DNA of 64,000 nucleotides from Eledone cirrhosa (taxonomy: Eukaryota), in the NCBI GenBank assembly GCA_964016885.1, contig OZ024744.1, positions 1,240,001 through 1,304,000 on the forward strand, read 5' to 3'. Every line of letters begins with the position of its first letter. The stretch's first letter is position 1. The position numbers and the translations under genes are program-made. Under the pieces are notes generated by a model. The model was not told where the DNA came from and did no database searches. It worked only from the letters and a program-made list of their open reading frames with translations. Of this stretch, positions 49,501 through 62,200 are shown in pieces.

Positions 49501-52500
49501 ACCAAGCTATCTTTCTCTACCTTGTCTTCCCCAAAACTTCGTTCTTCACCAAGCTATCTTTCTCTACCTTGTCTTCCCTCAAAACTTCGTTCTTCACCAA
49601 GCTATCTTTTTCGACCTTGTCTTCCCCCAAAACTTCGTTATTCACCAAGCTATCTTTCTCTACCTTGTCTTCCCTCAAAACTTCGTTCTTCACCAAGCTA
49701 TCTTTCTCTACCTTGTCTTCCCACAAAACGTCATTCTTCACCAAGCTATCTTTCTCTACCTTGTCCTCCCACAAAACTTCGTTCTTCACCAAGCTATCTT
49801 TCTCTACCTTGTCTTCCCCCAAAACTTCGTTCTTCGCAAGCTATCTTTCTCTACCTTGTCTTCCGTCAAAACTTCGTTCTTCACCAAGATATCTTTCTCT
49901 ACCTTGTCTTCCCACAAAACGTCGTTCTTCACCAAGCTATCTTTCTCTATCTTGTCTTCCCTCAGAACTCCGTTCTTCACCAAGCTATATTTCTCTACCT
50001 TGTCTTCCCCCAAAACTTCGTTCTTCACCAAGCTATCTTTCTCTACATTGTCTTCCCCAAAACTTCGTTCTTCACCAAGCTATCTTTCTCTACCTTGTCT
50101 TCCCTCAAAACGTCGTTCTTCACCAAGCTATCTTTCTCTACCTTGTCTTCCCCCAAAACTTCGTTCTTCACCAAGCTATCTTTATCTACCTTGTCTTCCC
50201 CCAAAACTTCGTTCTTCACCAAGTCATCTTTCTCTACCTTGTCATCCAACAAAACGTCGTTCTTCACCAAGCTATCTTTCTCTATTTTGTCTTCCCTCAA
50301 AACGTCGTTCTTCACCAAGCTATCTTTCTCTACCTTGTCTTCCCTCAAAATTTCGTTCTTCACCAAGCTATCTTTCTCGACCTTGTCTTCTCCCAAAACT
50401 TCGTTATTCACCAAGCTATCTTTCTCTACCTTGTCTTCCCCCAAAACTTCGTTATTCACCAAGCTATCTTTCGCTACCTTGTCATCCCTCAAAACTTCGT
50501 TCTTCACCAATCTATCTTTCTCTGCCTTGTCTTCCCCCAAAACTTCGTTCTTCACCAAGCTATCTTTCTCTACCTTGTCTTCACACAAAACTTCGTTCTT
50601 CACCAAGCTATCTTTCTCTACCTTGTCTTCCCACAAAACGTCATTCTTCACCAAGCTATCTTTCTCTACCTTGTCTTCCGTCAAAACTTCGTTCTTCACC
50701 AAGATATCTTTCTCTACCTTGTCTTCTCCCAAAACTTCGTTCTTCACCAAGCTATCTTTCTATACCTTGTCTTCCCCCAGAACTTCGTTCTTCACCAAGC
50801 TATCTTTCTCTACCTTGTCTTCCCCCAAAACTTCGTTCTTCACCAAGCTATCTTTCTCTACATTGTCTTCCCCAAAACTTCGTTCTTCACCAAGCTATCT
50901 TTCTCTACCTTGTCTTTCATCAAAACGTCGTTCTTCACCAAGCTCTCTTTCTCTACCTTGTCTTCCCCCAAAACTTCGTTCTTCACCAAGCTATCTTTCT
51001 CTACCTTGTCTTCCCCCAAAACTTCGTTCTTCACCAAGCTATCTTTCTCTACCTTGTCTTCCCACAAAACGTCGTTCTTCACCAAGCTATCTTTCTCTAC
51101 CTTGTCTTCCCTCAAAACGTCGTTCTTCACCAAGCTATCTTTTTCTACCTTGTCTTCCCTCAAAACATCGTTCTTCACCAAGCTATCTTTCTCTAGCTTG
51201 TCTTCCCTCAAAACTTCGTTCTTCACCAAGCTATCTTTCTCTACCTTGTCTTCCCTCAAAACGTCGTTCTTCACCAAGCTATCTTTCTCTACCTTGTCTT
51301 CCCCCAAAACTTCGTTCTTCACCAAGCTATCTTTCTCTACCTTGTCTTCCCCCAAAACTTCGTTCTTCGCAAGCTATCTTTCTCTACCTTGTCTTCCCCC
51401 AAAACTTCGTTCTTCACCAAGCTATCTTTCTCTACCTTGTCTTCCCACAAAACGTCGTTCTTCACCAAGCTATCTTTCTCTACCTTGTCTTCCCTCAAAA
51501 CGTCGTTCTTCACCAAGCTATCTTTCTCTACCTTGTCTTCCCTCAAAACATCGTTCTTCACCAAGCTATCTTTCTCTACCTTGTCTTCTCCCAAAACTTC
51601 GTTATTCACCAAGCTATCTTTCTCTACCTTGTCTTCCCCCAAAACTTCGTTGTTCACCAAGCTATCTTTCTCTACCTCGTCTTCCCCCAAAACTTCGTTC
51701 TTCACCAAGCTATCTTTCTCTACCTTGTCTTCCCCCAAAACTTCGTTCTTCACCAAGCTATCTTTCTCTACCTTGTCTTCCCACAAAACTTCGTTCTTCA
51801 CCAAGCTATCTTTCTCTACCTTGTCTTCCCACAAAACGTCGTTCTTCACCAAGCTATCTTTCTCTACCTTGTCTTCCCACAAAACGTCATTCTTCACCAA
51901 GCTATCTTTCTCTACCTTGTCTTCCGTCAAAACTTCGTTCTTCACCAAGATATCTTTCTCTACATTGTCTTCCCCAAAACTTCGTTCTTCACCAAGCTAT
52001 CTTTCTCTACCTTGTCTTCCCTCAAAAAGTCGTTCTTCACCAAGCTATCTTTCTCTACCTTGTCTTCTCCCAAAACTTCGTTATTCACCAAGCTATCTTT
52101 CTCTACCTTGTCTTCCCTCAAACCTTCGTTCTTCACCAAGCTATCTTTCTCTACCTTGTCTTCCCCCAAAACTTCGTTCTTCACCAAGCTATCTTTCTCT
52201 ACATTGTCTTCCCCAAAACTTCGTTCTTCACCAAGCTATCTTTCTCTACCTTGTCTTCCCCCAAAACTTCGTTGTTCACCAAGCTATCTTTCTCTACCTC
52301 GTCTTCCCCCAAAACTTCGTACTTCACCAAGCTATCTTTCTCTACCTTGTCTTCCCCCAAAACTTCGTTCTTCCCCAAGCTATCTTTCTCTACCTTGTCT
52401 TCCCACAAAACGTCGTTCTTCACCAAGCTATCTTTCTCTACCTTGTCTTCCCTCAAAACTTCGTTCTTCACCTAGCTATCTTTCTCTACCTTATCTTCCC

Positions 52501-52868
52501 CAAAACTTCGTTCTTCACCAAGCTATCTTTCTCTACCTTGTCTTCCCTCAAAACTTCGTTCTTCACCAAGCTATCTTTTTCGACCTTGTCTTCCCCCAAA
52601 ACTTCGTTATTCACCAAGCTATCTTTCTCTACCTTGTCTTCCCTCAAAACTTCGTTCTTCACCAAGCTATCTTTCTCTACCTTGTCTTCCCACAAAACGT
52701 CATTCTTCACCAAGCTATCTTTCTCTACCTTGTCTTCCTTCAAAACTTCGTTCTTCACCAAGCTATCTTTCTCTACCTTGTCTTCCCTCAAAACGTCGTT
52801 CTTCACCAAGCTATCTTTCTCTACCTTGTCCTCCCACAAAACTTCGTTCTTCACCAAGCTATCTTTCT

Positions 52869-55800
52869 CTACCTTGTCTTCCCCCAAAACTTCGTTCTTC
52901 GCAAGCTATCTTTCTCTACCTTGTCTTCCGTCAAAACTTCGTTCTTCACCAAGATATCTTTCTCTACCTTGTCTTCCCACAAAACGTCGTTCTTCACCAA
53001 GCTATCTTTCTCTACCTTGTCTTCCCTCAGAACTCCGTTCTTCACCAAGCTATCTTTCTCTACCTTGTCTTCCCCCAAAACTTCGTTCTTCACCAAGCTA
53101 TCTTTCTCTACATTGTCTTCCCCCAAAACTTCGTTCTTCACCAAGCTATCTTTCTCTACCTTGTCTTCCCTCAAAACGTCGTTCTTCACCAAGCTATCTT
53201 TCTCTACCTTGTATTCCCCCAAAACTTCGTTCTTCACCAAGCTATCTTTATCTACCTTGTCTTCCCCCAAAACTTGGTTCTTCACCAAGTCATCTTTCTC
53301 TACCTTGTCATCCCACAAAACGTCGTTCTTCACCAAGCTATCTTTCTCTATTTTGTCTTCCCTCAAAACGTCGTTCTTCACCAAGCTATCTTTCTCTACC
53401 TTTTCTTCCCTCAAAATTTCGTTCTTCACCAAGCTATCTTTCTCGACCTTGTCTTCTCCCAAAACTTCGTTATTCACCAAGCTATCTTTCTCTACCTTGT
53501 CTTCCCCCAAAACATCGTTATTCACCAAGCTATCTTTCGCTACCTTGTCTTCCCCCAAAACTTCGTTCTTCACCAAGCTATCTTTCTCTACCTTGTCTTC
53601 CCTCAAAACTTCGTTCTTCACCAAGCTATCTTTTTCGACCTTGTCTTCCCCCAAAACTTCGTTATTCACCAAGCTATCGTTCTCTACCTTGTCTTCCCTC
53701 AAAACTTCGTTCTTCACCAAGCTATCTTTCTCTACCTTGTCTTCCCACAAAACGTCATTCTTCACCAAGCTATCTTTCTCTACCTTGTCTTCCTTCAAAA
53801 CTTCGTTCTTCACCAAGCTATCTTTCTCTACCTTGTCTTCCCTCAAAACGTCGTTCTTCACCAAGCTATCTTTCTCTACCTTGTCTTCCCCCAAAACTTC
53901 GTTCTTCACCAAGCTATCTTTCTCTACATTGTCTTCCCCAAAACTTCGTTCTTCACCAAGCTATCTTTCTCTACCTTGTCTTCCCCCAAAACTTCGTTGT
54001 TCACCAAGCTATCTTTCTCTACCTCGTCTTCCACCAAAATTTCGTTCTTCACCAAGCTATCTTTATCTACCTTGTCTTCCCCCAAAACTTCGTTCTTCTC
54101 CAAGCTATCTTTCTCTACCTTGTCCTCCCACAAAACTTCGTTCTTCACCAAGCTATCTTTCTCTACTTTGTCTTCCCTCAAAGCTTCGTTCTTCACCAAG
54201 CTATCTTTCTCTACCTTGTCTTCCCCCAAAACTTCGTTCTTCACCAAGCTATCTTTCTCTACCTTGTCTTCCCACAAAACGTCGTTCTTCACCAAGCTAT
54301 CTTTCTCTACCTTGTCTTCCCTCAAAACTTCGTTCTTCACCAAGCTATCTTTCTCTACCTTGTCTTCCCCCAAAACTTCGTTCTTCACCAAGCTATCTTT
54401 CTCTACCTTGTCTTCCCTCAAAACTTCGTTCTTCACCAAGCTATATTTTTCGACCTTGTCTTCCCCCAAAACTTCGTTATTCACCAAGCTATCTTTATCT
54501 ACCTTGTCTTCCCTCAAAACTTCGTTCTTCACCAAGCTATCTTTCTCTACCTTGTCTTCCCACAAAACGTCATTCTTCACCAAGCTATCTTTCTCTAGCT
54601 TGTCTTCACACAAAACTTCGTTCTTCACCAAGCTATCTTTCTCTACCTTGTCTTCCCCCAAAACTTCGTTCTTCGCAAGCTATCTTTCTCTACCTTGTCT
54701 TCCGTCAAAACTTCGTTCTTCACCAAGATATCTTTCTCTACCTTGTCTTCCCACAAAACGTCGTTCTTCACCAAGCTATCTTTCTCTACCTTGTCTTCCC
54801 TCAGAACTCCGTTCTTCACCAAGCTATCTTTCTCTACCTTGTCTTCCCCCAAAACTTCGTTCTTCACCAAGCTATCTTTCTCTACATTGTCTTCCCCCAA
54901 AACTTCGTTCTTCACCAAGCTATCTTTCTCTACCTTGTCTTCCCTCAAAACGTCGTTCTTCACCAAGCTATCTTTCTCTACCTTGTATTCCCCCAAAACT
55001 TCGTTCTTCACCAAGCTATCTTTATCTACCTTGTCTTCCCCCAAAACTTGGTTCTTCACCAAGTCATCTTTCTCTACCTTGTCATCCCACAAAACGTCGT
55101 TCTTCACCAAGCTATCTTTCTCTATTTTGTCTTCCCTCAAAACGTCGTTCTTCACCAAGCTATCTTTCTCTACCTTTTCTTCCCTCAAAATTTCGTTCTT
55201 CACCAAGCTATCTTTCTCGACCTTGTCTTCTCCCAAAACTTCGTTATTCACCAAGCTATCTTTCTCTACCTTGTCTTCCCCCAAAACATCGTTATTCACC
55301 AAGCTATCTTTCGCTACCTTGTCTTCCCCCAAAACTTCGTTCTTCACCAAGCTATCTTTCTCTACCTTGTCTTCCCTCAAAACTTCGTTCTTCACCAAGC
55401 TATCTTTTTCGACCTTGTCTTCCCCCAAAACTTCGTTATTCACCAAGCTATCTTTCTCTACCTTGTCTTCCCTCAAAACTTCGTTCTTCACCAAGCTATC
55501 TTTCTCTACCTTGTCTTCCCACAAAACGTCATTCTTCACCAAGCTATCTTTCTCTACCTTGTCTTCCTTCAAAACTTCGTTCTTCACCAAGCTATCTTTC
55601 TCTACCTTGTCTTCCCTCAAAACGTCGTTCTTCACCAAGCTATCTTTCTCTACCTTGTCTTCCCCCAAAACTTCGTTCTTCACCAAGCTATCTTTCTCTA
55701 CATTGTCTTCCCCAAAACTTCGTTCTTCACCAAGCTATCTTTCTCTACCTTGTCTTCCCCCAAAACTTCGTTGTTCACCAAGCTATCTTTCTCTACCTCG

Positions 55801-56280
55801 TCTTCCACCAAAATTTCGTTCTTCACCAAGCTATCTTTATCTACCTTGTCTTCCCCCAAAACTTCGTTCTTCTCCAAGCTATCTTTCTCTACCTTGTCCT
55901 CCCACAAAACTTCGTTCTTCACCAAGCTATCTTTCTCTACTTTGTCTTCCCTCAAAGCTTCGTTCTTCACCAAGCTATCTTTCTCTACCTTGTCTTCCCC
56001 CAAAACTTCGTTCTTCACCAAGCTATCTTTCTCTACCTTGTCTTCCCACAAAACGTCGTTCTTCACCAAGCTATCTTTCTCTACCTTGTCTTCCCTCAAA
56101 ACTTCGTTCTTCACCAAGCTATCTTTCTCTACCTTGTCTTCCCCCAAAACTTCGTTCTTCACCAAGCTATCTTTCTCTACCTTGTCTTCCCTCAAAACTT
56201 CGTTCTTCACCAAGCTATATTTTTCGACCTTGTCTTCCCCCAAAACTTCGTTATTCACCAAGCTATCTTTATCTACCTTG
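52869..56280 (-). repeat. 1774-bp tandem duplication (37 monomers)
   Basis: ORF starts 52869/53924 recur at 54643/55698. Shared rare variants GTATTCCCC, AACTTGGTTC, ACCTTTTCTT and CCACCAAAAT. 1774=37x48-2. Confidence 0.9.
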
Positions 56281-59200
56281 TCTTCCCTCAGAACTTCGTT
56301 CTTCAGCAAGCTATCTTTCTCTACCTTGTCTTCCCCCAAAACTTCGTTCTTCACCAAGCTATCTTTCTCTACATTGTCTTCCCCAAAACTTCGTGCTTCA
56401 CCAAGCTATCTTTCACGACCTTGTCTTCCCTCAAAACGTCGTTCTTCACCAAGCTATCTTTCTCTACCTTGTCTTCCCCCAAAACTTCGTTCTTCACCAA
56501 GCTATCTTTCTCTACCTTGTCTTCCCCCAAAACTTCGTTCTTCACCAAGCTATCTTTCTCTACCTCGTCTTCCCTCAAAACTTCGTTCTTCACCAAGCTA
56601 TCTTTCTCTACCTTGTCTTCCCCCAAAACTTTGTTCTTCACCAAGCTATCTTTCTCTACCTTGTCTTCCCCCAAAACTTCGTTCTTCACCAAGCTATCTT
56701 TCTCTACCTTGTCTTCCCCTAAAACTTCGTTCTTCACCAAGCTATCTTTCTCTAGCTTGTCTTCATACAAAACATCGTTCTTCACCAAGCTATCTTTCTC
56801 TACCTTGTCTTCCCACAAAACGTCATTCTTCACCAAGCTATCTTTCTCTACCTCGTCTTCCGTCAAAACTTCGTTCTTCACCAAGATATCTTTCTCTACC
56901 TTGTCTTCCCACAAAACGTCGTTCTTCACCAAGCTATCTTTCTCTACCTTGTCTTCCCTCAGAACACCGTTCTTCACCAAGCTATCTTTCTCTACCTTGT
57001 CTTCCCCCAAAACTTCGTTCTTCACCAAGCTATCTTTCTCTACATTGTCTTCCCCAAAACTTCGTTCTTCACCAAGCTATCTTTCTCTACCTTGTCTTCC
57101 CTCAAAACGTCGTTCTTCACCAAGCTATCTTTCTCTACCTTGTATTCCCCCAAAACTTCGTTCTTCACCAAGCTATCTTTATCTACCTTGTCTTCCCCCA
57201 AAACTTGGTTCTTCACCAAGTCATCTTTCTCTACCTTGTCATCCCACAAAACGTCGTTCTTCACCAAGCTATCTTTCTCTATTTTGTCTTCCCTCAAAAC
57301 GTCGTTCTTCACCAAGCTATCTTTCTCTACCTTGTCTTCCCTCAAAATTTCGTTCTTCACCAAGCTATCTTTCTCGACCTTGTCTTCTCCCAAAACTTCG
57401 TTATTCACCAAGCTATCTTTCTCTACCTTGTCTTCCCCCAAAACATCGTTATTCACCAAGCTATCTTTCGCTACCTTGTCTTCCCTCAAAACTTCGTTCT
57501 TCACCAAGCTATCTTTCTCTACCTTGTCTTCCCCCAAAACTTCGTTCTTCACCAAGCTATCTTTCTCTACCTTGTCTTCCCTCAAAACTTCGTTCTTCAC
57601 CAAGCTATCTTTTTCGACCTTGTCTTCCCCCAAAACTTCGTTATTCACCAAGCTATCTTTCTCTACCTTGTCTTCCCTCAAAACTTCGTTCTTCACCAAG
57701 CTATCTTTCTCTACCTTGTCTTCCCACAAAACGTCATTCTTCACCAAGCTATCTTTCTCTACCTTGTCTTCCTTCAAAACTTCGTTCTTCACCAAGCTAT
57801 CTTTCTCTACCTTGTCTTCCCTCAAAACGTCGTTCTTCACCAAGCTATCTTTCTCTACCTTGTCTTCCCCCAAAACTTCGTTCTTCACCAAGCTATCTTT
57901 CTCTACATTGTCTTCCCCAAAACTTCGTTCTTCACCAAGCTATCTTTCTCTACCTTGTCTTCCCCCAAAACTTCGTTGTTCACCAAGCTATCTTTCTCTA
58001 CCTCGTCTTCCACCAAAATTTCGTTCTTCACCAAGCTATCTTTATCTACCTTGTATTCCCCCAAAACTTCGTTCTTCTCCAAGCTATCTTTCTCTACCTT
58101 GTCCTCCCACAAAACTTCGTTCTTCACCAAGCTATCTTTCTCTACTTTGTCTTCCCTCAAAACTTCGTTCTTCACCAAGCTATCTTTCTCTACCTTGTCT
58201 TCCCCCAAAACTTCGTTCTTCACCAAGCTATCTTTCTCTACCTTGTCTTCCCACAAAACGTCGTTCTTCACCAAGCTATCTTTCTCTACCTTGTCTTCCC
58301 TCAAAACTTCGTTCTTCACCAAGCTATCTTTCTCTACCTTGTCTTCCCCCAAAACTTCGTTCTTCACCAAGCTATCTTTCTCTACCTTGTCTTCCCTCAA
58401 AACTTCGTTCTTCACCAAGCTATATTTTTCGACCTTGTCTTCCCCCAAAACTTCGTTATTCACCAAGCTATCTTTATCTACCTTGTCTTCCCTCAAAACT
58501 TCGTTCTTCACCAAGCTATCTTTCTCTACCTTGTCTTCCCACAAAACGTCATTCTTCACCAAGCTATCTTTCTCTAGCTTGTCTTCACACAAAACTTCGT
58601 TCTTCACCAAGCTATCTTTCTCTACCTTGTCTTCCCACAAAACGTCATTCTTCACCAAGCTATCTTTCTCTACCTTGTCTTCCGTCAAAACTTCGTTCTT
58701 CACCAAGATATCTTTCTCTACCTTGTCTCCTCCCAAAACTTCGTTCTTCACCAAGCTATCTTTCTCTACCTTGTCTTCCCTCAGAACTTCGTTCTTCAGC
58801 AAGCTATCTTTCTCTACCTTGTCTTCCCCCAAAACTTCGTTCTTCACCAAGCTATCTTTCTCTACCTTGTCTTCCCCCAAAACTTCGTTCTTCACCAAGC
58901 TATCTTTCTCTACCTTGTCTTCCCCCAAAACTTCGTTCTTCACCAAGCTATCTTTCTCTACCTCGTCTTCCCTCAAAACTTCGTTCTTCACCAAGCTATC
59001 TTTCTCTACCTTGTCTTCCCCCAAAACTTTGTTCTTCACCAAGCTATCTTTCTCTACCTTGTCTTCCCCCAAAACTTCGTTCTTCACCAAGCTATCTTTC
59101 TCTACCTTGTCTTCCCCTAAAACTTCGTTCTTCACCAAGCTATCTTTCTCTAGCTTGTCTTCATACAAAACATCGTTCTTCACCAAGCTATCTTTCTCTA

Positions 59201-62200
59201 CCTTGTCTTCCCACAAAACGTCATTCTTCACCAAGCTATCTTTCTCTACCTCGTCTTCCGTCAAAACTTCGTTCTTCACCAAGATATCTTTCTCTACCTT
59301 GTCTTCCCACAAAACGTCGTTCTTCACCAAGCTATCTTTCTCTACCTTGTCTTCCCTCAGAACACCGTTCTTCACCAAGCTATCTTTCTCTACCTTGTCT
59401 TCCCCCAAAACTTCGTTCTTCACCAAGCTATCTTTCTCTACATTGTCTTCCCCAAAACTTCGTTCTTCACCAAGCTATCTTTCTCTACCTTGTCTTCCCT
59501 CAAAACGTCGTTCTTCACCAAGCTATCTTTCTCTACCTTGTCTTCCCTCAAAATTTCGTTCTTCACCAAGCTATCTTTCTCTACATTGTCTTCCCCAAAA
59601 CTTCGTTCTTCACCAAGCTATCTTTCTCGACCTTGTCTTCCCCTAAAACTTCGTTCTTCACCAAGCTATCTTTCTCTAGCTTGTCTTCATACAAAACATC
59701 GTTCTTCACCAAGCTATCTTTCTCTACCTTGTCTTCCCACAAAACGTCATTCTTCACCAAGCTATCTTTCTCTACCTCGTCTTCCGTCAAAACTTCGTTC
59801 TTCACCAAGATATCTTTCTCTACCTTGTCTTCCCACAAAACGTCGTTCTTCACCAAGCTATCTTTCTCTACCTTGTATTCCCCCAAAACTTCGTTCTTCA
59901 CCAAGCTATCTTTATCTACCTTGTCTTCCCCCAAAACTTGGTTCTTCACCAAGTCATCTTTCTCTACCTTGTCATCCCACAAAACGTCGTTCTTCACCAA
60001 GCTATCTTTCTCTATTTTGTCTTCCCTCAAAACGTCGTTCTTCACCAAGCTATCTTTCTCTACCTTGTCTTCCCTCAAAATTTCGTTCTTCACCAAGCTA
60101 TCTTTCTCGACCTTGTCTTCTCCCAAAACTTCGTTATTCACCAAGCTATCTTTCTCTACCTTGTCTTCCCCCAAAACATCGTTATTCACCAAGCTATCTT
60201 TCGCTACCTTGTCTTCCCTCAAAACTTCGTTCTTCACCAAGCTATCTTTCTCTACCTTGTCTTCCCCCAAAACTTCGTTCTTCACCAAGCTATCTTTCTC
60301 TACCTTGTCTTCCCTCAAAACTTCGTTCTTCACCAAGCTATCTTTTTCGACCTTGTCTTCCCCCAAAACTTCGTTATTCACCAAGCTATCTTTCTCTACC
60401 TTGTCTTCCCTCAAAACTTCGTTCTTCACCAAGCTATCTTTCTCTACCTTGTCTTCCCACAAAACGTCATTCTTCACCAAGCTATCTTTCTCTACCTTGT
60501 CTTCCTTCAAAACTTCGTTCTTCACCAAGCTATCTTTCTCTACCTTGTCTTCCCTCAAAACGTCGTTCTTCACCAAGCTATCTTTCTCTACCTTGTCTTC
60601 CCCCAAAACTTCGTTCTTCACCAAGCTATCTTTCTCTACATTGTCTTCCCCAAAACTTCGTTCTTCACCAAGCTATCTTTCTCTACCTTGTCTTCCCCAA
60701 AACTTCGTTGTTCACCAAGCTATCTTTCTCTACCTCGTCTTCCACCAAAATTTCGTTCTTCACCAAGCTATCTTTATCTACCTTGTCTTCCCCCAAAACT
60801 TCGTTCTTCTCCAAGCTATCTTTCTCTACCTTGTCCTCCCACAAAACTTCGTTCTTCACCAAGCTATCTTTCTCTACTTTGTCTTCCCTCAAAACTTCGT
60901 TCTTCACCAAGCTATCTTTCTCTACCTTGTCTTCCCCCAAAACTTCGTTCTTCACCAAGCTATCTTTCTCTACCTTGTCTTCCCACAAAACGTCGTTCTT
61001 CACCAAGCTATCTTTCTCTACCTTGTCTTCCCTCAAAACTTCGTTCTTCACCAAGCTATCTTTCTCTACCTTGTCTTCCCCCAAAACTTCGTTCTTCACC
61101 AAGCTATCTTTCTCTACCTTGTCTTCCCTCAAAACTTCGTTCTTCACCAAGCTATATTTTTCGACCTTGTCTTCCCCCAAAACTTCGTTATTCACCAAGC
61201 TATCTTTATCTACCTTGTCTTCCCTCAAAACTTCGTTCTTCACCAAGCTATCTTTCTCTACCTTGTCTTCCCACAAAACGTCATTCTTCACCAAGCTATC
61301 TTTCTCTAGCTTGTCTTCACACAAAACTTCGTTCTTCACCAAGCTATCTTTCTCTACCTTGTCTTCCCACAAAACGTCATTCTTCACCAAGCTATCTTTC
61401 TCTACCTTGTCTTCCGTCAAAACTTCGTTCTTCACCAAGATATCTTTCTCTACCTTGTCTCCTCCCAAAACTTCGTTCTTCACCAAGCTATCTTTCTCTA
61501 CCTTGTCTTCCCTCAGAACTTCGTTCTTCAGCAAGCTATCTTTCTCTACCTTGTCTTCCCCCAAAACTTCGTTCTTCACCAAGCTATCTTTCTCTACATT
61601 GTCTTCCCCAAAACTTCGTGCTTCACCAAGCTATCTTTCACGACCTTGTCTTCCCTCAAAACGTCGTTCTTCACCAAGCTATCTTTCTCTACCTTGTCTT
61701 CCCCCAAAACTTCGTTCTTCACCAAGCTATCTTTCTCTACCTTGTCTTCCCCCAAAACTTCGTTCTTCACCAAGCTATCTTTCTCTACCTCGTCTTCCCT
61801 CAAAACTTCGTTCTTCACCAAGCTATCTTTCTCTACCTTGTCTTCCCCCAAAACTTTGTTCTTCACCAAGCTATCTTTCTCTACCTTGTCTTCCCCCAAA
61901 ACTTCGTTCTTCACCAAGCTATCTTTCTCTACCTTGTCTTCCCCTAAAACTTCGTTCTTCACCAAGCTATCTTTCTCTAGCTTGTCTTCATACAAAACAT
62001 CGTTCTTCACCAAGCTATCTTTCTCTACCTTGTCTTCCCACAAAACGTCATTCTTCACCAAGCTATCTTTCTCTACCTCGTCTTCCGTCAAAACTTCGTT
62101 CTTCACCAAGATATCTTTCTCTACCTTGTCTTCCCACAAAACGTCGTTCTTCACCAAGCTATCTTTCTCTACCTTGTCTTCCCTCAGAACACCGTTCTTC

